Notes: generated by a model not told the origin, from the sequence alone. Shown: positions 45,911-56,031, counted from the first letter of the stretch. The stretch is 64,000 nucleotides of DNA from an uncultured Acidobacteriota bacterium (GCA_963741955.1 CAVUKB010000006.1:448001-512000), one strand, 5' to 3'. Translations and numbers: made by a program.

Positions 45911-47092
45911 TCACCCCCGTTTCCGCCTCAGCATCTTCACCCCTCCCTCGATGCCGCGACGGAAGTAGAGCCAGGGGACGAGGACGGCGTGCCTGGTGCG
46001 GAACTTGTCCATCATGTAACGCGGGGAGGGGAACGCGACGCCGCGGAGGAACGCGACGCGGTCGCCCGCCGGCTGGGTCCGCAGCTCGTGAAGAAGATCG
46101 CCGAAGCCTCGCCGTCCGATCCGGACGTAACGCGCGGTGACGTCCGTCGCGACCGACTCGAGCATCCCGAGCTCGTCGCCGCCGATCTTTGTTCCGAACA
46201 ACTTCGCCGTCTTCTCGACGCCGCTCTTCACCGCTGCGGAGACTTCCTTCGCCCTTGCCCGTGCGAAGCACTCCGCACGTTCTTCGCGGGACATCGCGCC
46301 GAGGAGGAGATGGATGTCGTAGAGCCAGATCAGGCGGTCCGACTCGTCGTGGTGTGCGGAGCGGTGGATCGCCGCGTGGATCAGCGCGTCGCTGCGCGAG
46401 AGAGCGCGTGCGGAAGCGCCGAGGCGCGGCACCGGAATGGATCGCCCCCAGAGCCCGCCGAAGACGAAGCGGTCGCGCAGGTCGGCACGGTTGGCGAGCG
46501 CCCAGTGGAGGTCGATGGTGTGGCGCATCCCCGCCGGCCCCTTCTTCAGGTACGGCCGCTCCCGCATCTGGACGTCGGGAACGCCATCCGTCGGCAGCGG
46601 CTCGTAACCGCTCGCGACGAGCACTTCGTGCAGCGCGTCGAGATCCTCCGGGCCGACCAGGAGATCCGTATCCCCGCGGGGGCGAAGGTGCGGCGACGGA
46701 TAGAGCGTGTGGGCGAGCGCCGCTCCCTTCAGCAGGAGGACGTCGATCCGCGCTTCGCCGATCGCGCCGAGGAGCTCCATCAGCTCGCTCTGCTGCAGCA
46801 CCTCGCGGACTGCAGCGTTGCGGGAGCGTTTGCGCAACTCAGTGCGGATCGGGTGATCCGTCTCCCGGGGAAATTCGAGGCGGGCGTGATTCGAAGCGAG
46901 CAGCTCCGTCACTCCGTGTTGCTCGACCAGCTTCACCCAAGGCTCGACATCTGCCGGGGTGAGATCGAAACGGACCTTCGCCTCACCGGCGATGGCCTTC
47001 GCGACTTTCGGGACGATTTCCGAAGAGCTCAAGACAGCTTCCTCCTCGGCGTGCCCCCTCCACGTCGAAAACAGTTTCTTAAGGCGGAACAT
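45911..47092 (-). CDS. Uncharacterised nucleotidyltransferase (NTP_transf_5 / PF14907-like)
   Basis: LLLKGAALAHTLYP...RPRGDTDLLV, IDLHW, LIHAAIH, RLIWLYDIHLL. Confidence 0.85.
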   Translation of the reverse strand: MFRLKKLFSTWRGHAEEEAVLSSSEIVPKVAKAIAGEAKVRFDLTPADVEPWVKLVEQHGVTELLASNHARLEFPRETDHPIRTELRKRSRNAAVREVLQQSELMELLGAIGEARIDVLLLKGAALAHTLYPSPHLRPRGDTDLLVGPEDLDALHEVLVASGYEPLPTDGVPDVQMRERPYLKKGPAGMRHTIDLHWALANRADLRDRFVFGGLWGRSIPVPRLGASARALSRSDALIHAAIHRSAHHDESDRLIWLYDIHLLLGAMSREERAECFARARAKEVSAAVKSGVEKTAKLFGTKIGGDELGMLESVATDVTARYVRIGRRGFGDLLHELRTQPAGDRVAFLRGVAFPSPRYMMDKFRTRHAVLVPWLYFRRGIEGGVKMLRRKRG

Positions 47093-47164
47093 GAGTTGTG
47101 AATCTCGGGTGGTTGTCCGGCGGGCGGGTCGGGCAGAGGCGAGAGTCTACCATCTCCGCCGCCC

Positions 47165-48409
47165 GCCCGCCCATTTGCGCGATTTGCGCGAATGAGGCGA
47201 TTTGCTATGGGTCGGTCGAGTGTTCTGACAGGGATGAGTGGCGTGGGTTGAAGAAAACGGGCTTTGGTGATGATTTCATTTGCGCGATTTGCTATGGGTT
47301 GGTCGGGTGTCCTGGCAGGGATGGGTTCGGTAGCTCGAGCGGGCAGCGGCTCCGGTCATGATTTCATCTGCGCGATTTGAAAAACAACCCAGGTTTCTAA
47401 ATCGCGCAAATGAAATCGTGTTGGAGGCCGTCCCGTCCGACCACGAGGAACCTGCCGAAGCCGAGCGCGCCTGAATCCATGGCAAATGACCCGATTTGCT
47501 ATGGGTTGATCCGCTGTCCTGGCAGGCATGGGCCTGGCAACTCGAGCGGGCAGCGGCTCCGGTGGTGATTTCATTTGCGCGATTTGAAAAACAACCCAGG
47601 TTTCTAAATCGCGCAAATGAAATCGTGTTCGCGAGGTGACTGTGCGGTTGCCGCAATTCTCCGCCACCGAAAGCGCCCGTCCGCTCCATGGCAAATCGCG
47701 CAAATGAAATCGTGTTGGAGGCCGTCCCGTCCGACCACGAGGAACCTGCCGAAGCCGAGCGCGCCTGAATCCATGGCAAATGACGTGGGTTTGCTATGGG
47801 TTGATCCGCTGTCCTGGTAGGCATGGGCCTGGCAACTCGAGCGGGCAGCGGCTTCGGTCATGATTTCATTTGCGCGATTTGAAAAACAACCCAGGTTTCT
47901 AAATCGCGCAAATGAAATCGTGTTCGCGAGGTGACTGTGCGGTTGCCGCAATTCTCCGCCACCGAAAGCGCCCGTCCGCTCCATGGCAAATCGCGCAAAT
48001 GAAATCGTGTTGGAGGCCGTCCCGTCCGACCACGAGGAACCTGCCGAAGCCGAGCGCGCCTGAATCCATGGCAAATGACGCGATTTGCTATGGGTTGATC
48101 CGCTGTCCTGGCAGGCATGGGCCTGGCAACTCGAGCGGGCAGCGGCTTCGGTCATGATTTCATTTGCGCGATTTGAAAAACAACCCAGGTTTCTAAATCG
48201 CGCAAATGAAATCGTGTTCGCGAGGTGACTGTGCGGTTGCCGCAACTCTCCGCCACCGAAAGCGCCCGTCCGCTCCATGGCAAATCGCGCAAATGAAATC
48301 GCGTTGGAGCCCGTCCGGTCCGACCACGAGGAACCTGCCGAAGCCGAGCGCGCCTGAATCCATGGCAAATGACGTGGGTTTGCTATGGGTTGATCCGCTG
48401 TCCTGGCAG
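47165..48409. repeat. Tandem mosaic array (family B), ~295-bp period, inverted relative to 43853-45908
   Basis: Equivalent positions 47617, 47912, 48206; same 20-bp core. Confidence 0.9.
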
Positions 48410-48508
48410 GTAGCCGTGCACGGCAAGCGCGGAGGCGCCGACCAAACAGAAGGAAACTCCGATCTCCTCGAGCACGGTCGCGACGTTCGCGGCGAGACTC
48501 GCCGTCAC
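48410..48508 (-). pseudogene. Truncated N-terminus of a nucleotidyltransferase (AbiEii/DUF6036-like)
   Basis: GTG start overlapping upstream stop; MTASLAANVATVLEEIGVSFCLVGASALAVHGY then runs directly into the repeat array. Confidence 0.6.
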
Positions 48509-48702
48509 CGGTTCCTCCGCCGATCGCGACTCGCCTCGATTCTCCGAAGCGCCTCGGTTCGATCGATGCGCTGCGCCGCCATGAGGATCTCGAGCTGCCG
48601 CTCACCGAGCTCCAGCGCTCTCGCGAACCGCTCGGCGGGCGAGAACCGCAGATCTTCCTCGACTCGCATCGTTCGGACCCGTCGGGCGATGTTCGATTGC
48701 AT
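48505..48702 (-). CDS. Small hypothetical protein, probable partner of the truncated nucleotidyltransferase
   Basis: 65 aa, LRFSPAERFARALEL motif; GTGA coupling to downstream fragment. Confidence 0.6.
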   Translation of the reverse strand: MQSNIARRVRTMRVEEDLRFSPAERFARALELGERQLEILMAAQRIDRTEALRRIEASRDRRRNR

Positions 48703-48937
48703 CAGACTATTATGCCCATTTCGGATTGCGGATTTCGGATTCGTCTCGCGCGGGAGCGTACGAGCATCAGAGAAGAAAGTGCGCGAAACCCGGCTCGCGA
48801 GAGAATAGTCTTCTGCATGTCACCCGGCGGACGCATAAAATTCACCAAATCAACCGCTCGCGAGAACATTCATGCGACCGGGACGGTCGCACCACCCCGC
48901 TCCGCGCTCCACCACACTCTCTGTCTTCCTCGCCCCT

Positions 48938-49225
48938 CGGCAGACCGTCCCCCGCTCCTCAAATCGCGCAAATGAAACCGTGTTCGTGATGTGCCGGTGC
49001 GTCCGCTCGAATCGCCGCCACCCAAAGCGCTCGTCCGATCCATATGCAAATCGCGCAAATGAAATCACGGCAGAATCCGCGCCCCTGAACAATCCACTTC
49101 GGTGCCATCCCAAAACGCCCGTGCACCCGGACGCAAATCCAATCCCCAGATCCACGATCCGCGCGTGGCGGACCGGACTCCACCGAGACCGTCCCCCGCT
49201 CCTCAAATCGCGCAAATCGCGCAAG
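48938..49225. repeat. Family B repeat unit left of the TA module
   Basis: cagaccgtcccccgctcctcaaatcgcgcaaatgaaa, also near 49185 and 49932. Confidence 0.8.
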
Positions 49226-49278
49226 TCCGTGGAAGCCACCCCGCGCCGGTCCGGCCCATTCTGCTACTCTTGCCGCTC

Positions 49279-49563
49279 ATGGAATGTGGTCGGATCGTAT
49301 TCAGCAGGCACGCGGTCCAGCGGATGTTCGAGCGCTCGTTTGCGATTCCGGACGTGCGCGGCGTGCTCGAACATGGCGAGCTCATTGAAGATTATCCCGA
49401 CGCGACGCCGTACCCGAGCCGGCTTCTCCTGGGCTGGACGCCGGATCGCCGCCCGCTTCACGTCGTGGTGGGGCGGAATCCCGAAGCGGTCTGTTTTGTC
49501 GTGACAGTGTACGAGCCTGACTCGGCCTTCTGGGCCGACGAGTTTCGGCGGAGGAAACGATGA
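49279..49563 (+). CDS. DUF4258 family putative toxin
   Basis: FSRHAVQRMFER...GELIEDYPD..PYPSRLLLG...RPLHVV...VVTVYEPD. Confidence 0.88.
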   Translation: MECGRIVFSRHAVQRMFERSFAIPDVRGVLEHGELIEDYPDATPYPSRLLLGWTPDRRPLHVVVGRNPEAVCFVVTVYEPDSAFWADEFRRRKR

Positions 49564-49784
49564 TTTGCGCGATCTGTCGAAGTGAAGCGATCTCCGGGGG
49601 TACGACCACGGTGACGCTGCAGCGCGGCGAGACGACGGTGGTGATTAAAGAAACTCCCGCCGAGATCTGCGGGGATTGCGGAGAGTACTACCTGGCCGAG
49701 GAAGTCGCCACTCGCGTGCTGGAGCAGGCCGAATCGGCCGCGCGGCGGCACGCCGAAGTCGAGATTATCCGGTACGCGGCGTAG
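49560..49784 (+). CDS. YgiT-type zinc-finger (MqsA-like) antitoxin
   Basis: MICAIC...VIKETPAEICGDCGEYY; ATGA overlap with DUF4258 gene. Confidence 0.88.
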   Translation: MICAICRSEAISGGTTTVTLQRGETTVVIKETPAEICGDCGEYYLAEEVATRVLEQAESAARRHAEVEIIRYAA

Positions 49785-49930
49785 TGACGGCCACCCGGTT
49801 TCCGAAGTCCGACTTGAAACGGAGCGCCCCGTGGCCCGACCGTCCCGGTCGGCACGGCGAGCCGCCCACTTCGAAACCCGCTCCGCGCTCATCCACAAGT
49901 CCGCTCTTCCTCGCGTATAACTCGATCTCC

Positions 49931-50620
49931 GCGGCAGACCGTCCCCCGCTCCTCAAATCGCGCAAATGAAATCACGGCAGAATCCGCGCCCCCGAACAAT
50001 CCACTTCGGTGCCATCCCGAAACGCCCGTGCACCCGGACGCAAATCCCGCAAATCAGGCGCTCCGTCGTCCTCGCGTCCAACACGATTCACCGCGGCGGA
50101 TCCCGCAGCGCGGGATCCGCACCCCCCACCAGACCCTCCTCGGCCTCTCAAATCGCGCAAATGAAACCGTGTTCGTGATGGGCCGGCGCGTCCGCTCGAA
50201 TCGCCGCCACCCAAAGCGCTCGTCCGATCCATATGCAAATCGCGCAAATCAAATCACGGCAGAATCCGCGCCCCTGAACAATCCACTTCGGTGCCATCCC
50301 AACACGCCCGTGCACCCGGACGCAAATCCCGCAAATCAGGCGCTCCGTCGTCCTCGCGTCCAACACGATTCACCGCGGCGGATCCCGCAGCGCGGGATCC
50401 GCACCCCCCACCAGACCCTCCTCGGCCTCTCAAATCGCGCAAATGAAACCGTGTTCGTGATGTGCCGGTGCGTCCGCTCGAATCGCCGCCACCCAAAGCG
50501 CTCGTCCGATCCATATGCAAATCGCGCAAATGAAATCACGGCAGAATTCGCGCCCCTGAACAATCCACTTCGGTGCCATCCCAACACGCCCGTGCACCCG
50601 GACGCAAATCCCGCAAATCC
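49931..50620. repeat. Tandem family B array, 282-bp period
   Basis: Equivalent positions 49972/50254 and 50148/50430. Confidence 0.88.
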
Positions 50621-50667
50621 TCCCCTCCGACACCAGATAACCGATAATAGATAATAGATAACAGATC

Positions 50668-51600
50668 TCAGATAACAGCTGCCTCCCCCGCCCACGCATA
50701 CGTCTCCCGCAGCCCCTCCTCGAGTCCCACCCGCGGCGTCCATCCCAGCGCGCGGATGCGCGAGACGTCCAGCAGCTTCCGCGGCGTCCCGTCCGGCTTC
50801 GACGGATCGTACTCGATCGCTCCCTCGAATCCGGTGACGCCCTTCATCAGCTCCGCGAGCTCCGCGATCGTCACGTCCTCTCCCGTACCGACGTTGATCG
50901 TCTGCGGCTGTTCGTAAACGTCCATCAACAAAATGCACGCCGCCGCAAGGTCGTCCACGTGGAGGAACTCGCGCCGCGGCGTCCCCGTCCCCCACACCGT
51001 CACCGAGCTCGCTCCGGCGCGCTTCGCCTCGTGAAAGCGGCGCATCATCCCGGGGATGACGTGCGACGCGGTCGGGTGGAAGTTGTCGCCCGGCCCGTAG
51101 AGGTTCGTCGGCATTGCGGAGATGAATCGCTTCCCCTGCTGGGTGTTGTACTTCTCGCAGAGCTTCAGCCCCGCGATCTTCGCGATCGCGTACGCCTCGT
51201 TCGTCTCCTCGAGCGGCCCGGTGAGGAGCGACTCTTCGCGGATCGGCTGCGGCGCCATGCGCGGGTAGATGCAGGACGACCCGAGGAAGAGGAGCTTCTC
51301 GACCCCGTTCTCCGCCGCCGCGTGGATCACGTTCGTCGCGAGAACCAGGTTCTGGTAGAGGAACTCCGCCTGCTGCGTCGCATTCGCCTGAATCCCCCCC
51401 ACCTTCGCCGCCGCCATCACCACATACCCCGGCCGCTCCTCGGCGAAGAACCGCTGCACCGCGCCCTGGTCCAGCAGATCCAGCTCGTCGCGCGTGCGGA
51501 GGAGGAGATTCGAATACCCCTCGGCCTGCAACCGGCGCACGATCGCCGATCCCACCAGGCCACCGTGGCCGGCGACGAAAATCTTGTCAGACGCTCTCAT
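50668..51600 (-). CDS. fcl: GDP-L-fucose synthase
   Basis: [73 protein letters not shown]. Confidence 0.96.
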   Translation of the reverse strand: MRASDKIFVAGHGGLVGSAIVRRLQAEGYSNLLLRTRDELDLLDQGAVQRFFAEERPGYVVMAAAKVGGIQANATQQAEFLYQNLVLATNVIHAAAENGVEKLLFLGSSCIYPRMAPQPIREESLLTGPLEETNEAYAIAKIAGLKLCEKYNTQQGKRFISAMPTNLYGPGDNFHPTASHVIPGMMRRFHEAKRAGASSVTVWGTGTPRREFLHVDDLAAACILLMDVYEQPQTINVGTGEDVTIAELAELMKGVTGFEGAIEYDPSKPDGTPRKLLDVSRIRALGWTPRVGLEEGLRETYAWAGEAAVI

Positions 51601-51692
51601 TTACGCTCTCGTTCGGATGTTTGAAGTCGGAAGTCGGATGTCGAAAGTGACGCGCCAGGTTCAGACGCGAAGTGTTCGGCAGCAGCAGACAA

Positions 51693-51791
51693 TCCCCCCA
51701 GCCCGAAGGGCGGCACTTCCGTTCAGCCCCCGCCGTCAGGCGGGCGAAAGCGCGCCCCGCACAAGATTGTGTGAGCCCGAAGGGCGGCACA
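51693..51791. repeat. REP-like family C, left flank of the Y1 transposase
   Basis: CAGCCCGAAGGGCGGCACTTCCGTTCAGCCCCCGCCGTCAGGCGGG, reverse-complement relative of 52345-52392. Confidence 0.85.
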
Positions 51792-51857
51792 GGTTCTTCC
51801 CGAACCACCCGATTCCGAGGTACGATCGCGATCGGGACTTGCGCATGGCCGCTGGAA

Positions 51858-52292
51858 ATGTCGTATACATCATTGCTCATGCACGTGGTCTTCGCCACGA
51901 AGTCCCGTCACCGCTGGATCCACCCCGAGATTGAGTTTCGCCTCCACCGTTTCGTGCAGGGCATCGTACGCAACGTCGGCGCGACATGCATCGCGGTGGG
52001 AGGCTTTGACGACCATCTCCACATCATCGCCGACCTCCCCGGCAAACTCTCGGTCGCGGAATTCGCAGGAAAGGTGAAGGCAAATTCTTCGCGATTCGCG
52101 CACGACTCCCTCGACGTTTCCCGGGAGCATGGATGGCAGAAAGGCTACTCCGCGTTCTCCGTCAGCCGCTCCAATCTCGACCGGGTCGTGCATTACGTCC
52201 GCAGTCAACGGGAGCACCATCAGCGGATCGACTTCGACGCCGAATTGCGAAAACTGCTCGACGCTCATGAGATCACCTACGACGGCGGGTAA
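51858..52292 (+). CDS. tnpA: IS200/IS605-family HUH (Y1) transposase, REP-associated type
   Basis: HVVFATK, DHLH (HUH), VKANSS, WQKGYSAFSVS, catalytic Tyr in HYVRSQREHH; no tnpB. Confidence 0.9.
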   Translation: MSYTSLLMHVVFATKSRHRWIHPEIEFRLHRFVQGIVRNVGATCIAVGGFDDHLHIIADLPGKLSVAEFAGKVKANSSRFAHDSLDVSREHGWQKGYSAFSVSRSNLDRVVHYVRSQREHHQRIDFDAELRKLLDAHEITYDGG

Positions 52293-52295
52293 GTG

Positions 52296-53630
52296 GTGTC
52301 GCCCCCTCACGGGGGCTCACACTTCATTTCCCGGCTCCCGCGAACCTCCGCCTGACGGCGGAGGCTAAACGAAAGTAGCGCCCTTCGGGCTGTCCGACGA
52401 GTCCGAAGGAACGGCGATCAGGTTCGGAGCGCTTCGTCGCCAACCGTTCGAATTTCTGATCCATGCGCGATCAGCCGATCCCCCCAGCCCGAAGGGCGGC
52501 ACTGCCGTTTAGCCCCCGCCGTCAGGCGGGGGGAAAGCGCGCCCCTGCAGAAATTGTGTGAGCCCGAAGGGCGGCACTCCTTCGAATTTCGAATCTGCTC
52601 CGTCGTGCCGCCCCCTCTCGGGGGCTCACACTTCATTTCCCGGCTCTCGGAACCTCCGCCTGACGGCGGAGGCTAAACGAACGTGGCGCCCTTCGGGCTG
52701 TCCGAGGAGTCCGAAGGAACGGCGATCAGGTTCGGAGCTTCGTGGCCAACCGTTCGAATTTCTGATCCATGCGCGATCGGCCGATCCCCCCAGCCCGAAG
52801 GGCGTCACTTTCGTTTAGCCCCCGCCGTCAGGCGGGGGAAAGCGCGCCCCGCACAAAATTGTGTGAGCCCGAAGGGCGGCACTCCTTCGAATTTCGAATC
52901 TGTTCCGTCGTGGTGTCGCCCCCTCGCGGGGGCTCACACTTCATTTCCCGGCTCTCCGAACCTCCGCCTGACGGCGGAGGCTAAACGAAAGTAGCGCCCT
53001 TCGGGCTGTCCGAGGAGTCCGAAGGAACGGCGATCAGGTTCGGAGCTTCGTGGCCAACCGTTCGAATTGCTGATCCACCCGCGATCGGCCGATCCCCCCA
53101 GCCCGCAGGGCGTCACTTTCGTTTAGCCCCCGCCGTCAGGCGGGGGGAAAGCGCGCCCCGCACAAAATTGTGTGAGCCCGAAGGGCGGCACTTCTTCGAA
53201 TTTTGAATCTGCTCGGACGTCTCGCCCCCTCACGGGGGCTCACACTGTTACTGCACCGTCCGCGAACCTCCGCCTGACGGCGGAGGCTAAACGAACGTGG
53301 CGCCCTTCGGGCTGTCCGAGGAGTCCGAAGGAACGGCGATCAGGTTCGGAGCTTCGTGGCCAACCGTTCGAATTTCTGATCCATGCGCGATCAGCCGATC
53401 CCCCCAGCCCGAAGGGCGTCACTTTCGTTTAGCCCCCGCCGTCAGGCGGGGGAAAGCGCGCCCCGCACAAAATTGTATGAGCCCGAAGGGCGGCACTCCT
53501 TCGAATTTCGAATCTGTTCCGTCGTGTGCCGCCCCCTCGCGGGGGCTCACACTTCAGTTCCCGGCTCTCGGAACCTCCGCCTGACGGCGGAGGCTAAACG
53601 AACGTGGCGCCCTTCGGGCTGTCCGAGGAG
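52296..53630. repeat. Tandem BIME-like array of family C, ~307-bp period, 4 full copies plus part
   Basis: GCCCCCTC(A/G)CGGGGGCTCACAC near 52301, 52610, 52918, 53224, 53531. Confidence 0.92.
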
Positions 53631-53679
53631 CTCCCGCAAGCACCCGCGCGCGCAAATGCAAAGCCGCTCACCGTGAGAG

Positions 53680-55329
53680 TCAGGGCAAATCCTCCGCGCG
53701 CAACACCCGCGCCGGCGCCTTCGCTCGCACCGTCGCCTCCACCAACTCAACGAATCTCGCCACACTCTTCTCGCGCGTGAACCGCGCCTCGAACAGCGCG
53801 CGCGCGTTCCGTCCTTCCTCCGCGCAGCGCTCAGGCGAGCCCGCGTACTCGAGAATCGCGCTCATGGTTCCTTCCACGTCTCCGTTCGCCACCCTCGTTC
53901 CGCACCGTCCCGCGGCGAGGATGTCGTGCACTTCGCCCACGGCGGGGCCGACGTACAGCGTCGGCCGTCCGGCCGACAGGATGCCGTAGATCTTCGACGG
54001 CACCAGGAGTCCGGGGATCCGCTCGCGCAGCGTCACCAGATGAAGGTCGGCCGACCGGAGGCTCGCGCCCAGCTCCTCCCGCGCGACGTACCCGCGGATC
54101 TCCACGTTCGCCAACCCCATCTCCTCGACCCGCTTTCGTACCTCGGGCATCCGCGGCCCACCGCCCGCAAACACGAACCGAACCGATCTCGAGACTCCGG
54201 CGCCGTGGGGTGCGGATCCTCCGATCCGCCGGGAGGTCTCTGTTCGAAGCGCATCGAGACGACCCCCGTCATTCGAAGATGGTTCTCCTGACGTCGTTTC
54301 GCAGCTGGAGGATCGTGGATCCGCCAGTCGCTGCGCAGCAGCGAGGATCGTCTCGAACTCGTGCGCCATCCCGAGGTTCCCTGAATACATCACGGTGAAG
54401 CATTTCGGATTTCGGATTTCGGATTTCGGATTTGCAGACCCGGCCCCATTCGCGACCTCGGCTCCGTTCTCCGTCCCCTCACCAGACTCACCCTGATTGA
54501 CGCGAGCGGTTCCATCGCCCGAATCCGAATTCCGAAATCCGAAATCCGAAACCCCCCCCAGGTCCGGACTCCAGTTGTGCACCACTTCCACTCTCGTGGC
54601 TCCTGCATCATGAAGCCGCGCGGCCATCGTCTCGCCGAGGGCGATCACGAGATCGGCGGAGCGGTGGAGGAGGCGCGCGGTCTTCCTCAGCGCCCATCCG
54701 AGAGGGGATCGCGGGGAGACGGCGCCGAGCTCGAACGCGACGTCGGGGTAGACGTCCATCGACCAGAAGACGACGGGGAAGCGGCGGATGCGGCCGGCCA
54801 GGACGGCGGCGAGCGCGATGAAGGGAGGCGTCGTCAGGGCGACGACGACGTCGGGGCGGCGGTCAGACCCGGATGCTGGACGGAATTTCGTCGCGAGGAG
54901 CGCGAGACGGGTCCGGATGCCAGGAAGACGGCGATCTCGCGACGAGGCGTAGGCGGCCTTACGTTGAGGAGCGAGATCGTCGTCTGACGCCGCAGACGGG
55001 CCCGTATCGCGCTCCGCAGCAGAAATCCCGTCCAGCATCCGGGTCAAGACGAGGCGTGCGAGCGCGCCGAAGTAGAACGAGACGTAGTCGACGGCGCGTC
55101 CGGCTTTGGAGGTGCGGCCGAATGCAGTGGTGCCGGCGCGGAGGATGTGGACGCCACGGAGCGTCTCGCGGCGCGGATAGCGGCGGGAGGGATCGGCATA
55201 CGAGCGGTCGCCGCAGATCGCGGTGACGTCGTGTCCTGCTGCGACGAGCCCTTCCCCCAGATCGCTCAGGACCTGCGCCGTCGCCGCTTCATCCGGCGCG
55301 TAATACTGATTGAGGAGCGTGACGCGCAT
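53680..55329 (-). CDS. GT4 glycosyltransferase (WcaI/WbuB-like) with three in-frame insertions
   Basis: LNQYYAPD..ATAQ, TTPPF, MDVYPD, HNW, YSGNLGMAHE, VPSKIYGILSAGRP. Confidence 0.88.
   Translation of the reverse strand: MRVTLLNQYYAPDEAATAQVLSDLGEGLVAAGHDVTAICGDRSYADPSRRYPRRETLRGVHILRAGTTAFGRTSKAGRAVDYVSFYFGALARLVLTRMLDGISAAERDTGPSAASDDDLAPQRKAAYASSRDRRLPGIRTRLALLATKFRPASGSDRRPDVVVALTTPPFIALAAVLAGRIRRFPVVFWSMDVYPDVAFELGAVSPRSPLGWALRKTARLLHRSADLVIALGETMAARLHDAGATRVEVVHNWSPDLGGVSDFGFRNSDSGDGTARVNQGESGEGTENGAEVANGAGSANPKSEIRNPKCFTVMYSGNLGMAHEFETILAAAQRLADPRSSSCETTSGEPSSNDGGRLDALRTETSRRIGGSAPHGAGVSRSVRFVFAGGGPRMPEVRKRVEEMGLANVEIRGYVAREELGASLRSADLHLVTLRERIPGLLVPSKIYGILSAGRPTLYVGPAVGEVHDILAAGRCGTRVANGDVEGTMSAILEYAGSPERCAEEGRNARALFEARFTREKSVARFVELVEATVRAKAPARVLRAEDLP
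54866..55045. mobile_element. 180-bp MITE-like element inserted in frame in the GT4 gene
   Basis: 24-bp terminal IR with one mismatch: GACCCGGATGCTGGACGGAATTTC / GAAATCCCGTCCAGCATCCGGGTC; internal palindrome. Confidence 0.75.
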
Positions 55330-55338
55330 GCATTCAGG

Positions 55339-56007
55339 TCAGGAGGCTTTCCCGATCTCTCGCGAGCTCTTCTTGCGCGCGACAATGACCATCGACTTCC
55401 AGAGGTAGGGAAGGCGCCCTACACCCGCAAACCGGACGACCTCAAATCCCTGTTCTTCCAGGATCTTCGTCAATGTCGACTTCGACCAGAACTTGATATG
55501 ACCCCCATCCCACAACGCGGTGAAGTGACGGTCCAGGGCTCCCGAGATAGCCATCACGAGGTTCTTGGCGTAGCCGTGATACGGCGTCGAGAGAACCAGA
55601 ACCCCGTCATCGTCCAGGGCTTCGTATGTTCGAGCGAGGAACATACGCGGGTCATAGAGATGTTCGAGGACTTCCAGCGACACGACGGCGTCGAAGGACG
55701 GCTTTCCGAAAGCCTGGCGCAGATCGTCGTAGATCGATCCGGAACGAAATTCGATCGCCTCTTCAGACGTCCGCGCGAGATCGATTCCGGTTTCGGAAGC
55801 GTCGATGGCTGCGACGACGAACCCGGCCCGCGCGAGTTCCCTTGCGAACCAGCCGTTTCCGCAGCCTGCGTCCAGAATGAGAGACCCGGGTTCCGTATGC
55901 GCTCTGATGAGGGCCAGCACTCGATCCTGCAGATAGGCGGATGTGTGGCTCGCAGCAGACGAACTGTAGCGGTACTCGACGTGCCCCTCAACAGAGTTGT
56001 TACTCAC
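55339..56007 (-). CDS. Class I SAM-dependent methyltransferase
   Basis: ILDAGCGNG, FDAVVSLEVLEHL, STPYHGYAKNL, WDGGHIKFWS. Confidence 0.9.
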   Translation of the reverse strand: MSNNSVEGHVEYRYSSSAASHTSAYLQDRVLALIRAHTEPGSLILDAGCGNGWFARELARAGFVVAAIDASETGIDLARTSEEAIEFRSGSIYDDLRQAFGKPSFDAVVSLEVLEHLYDPRMFLARTYEALDDDGVLVLSTPYHGYAKNLVMAISGALDRHFTALWDGGHIKFWSKSTLTKILEEQGFEVVRFAGVGRLPYLWKSMVIVARKKSSREIGKAS

Positions 56008-56031
56008 GCGTTTCTCAGATCCGTGACTTTC

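Noticed and set aside
43853-50620. Possible CRISPR array or integron cassette array
   Set aside because: Spacers recur rather than being unique, the motif appears in both orientations with irregular spacing, and no cas or intI gene or attC consensus is visible
52296-53630. Possible CRISPR array
   Set aside because: Whole ~307-bp units are near-identical; it is a REP/BIME-type tandem next to tnpA
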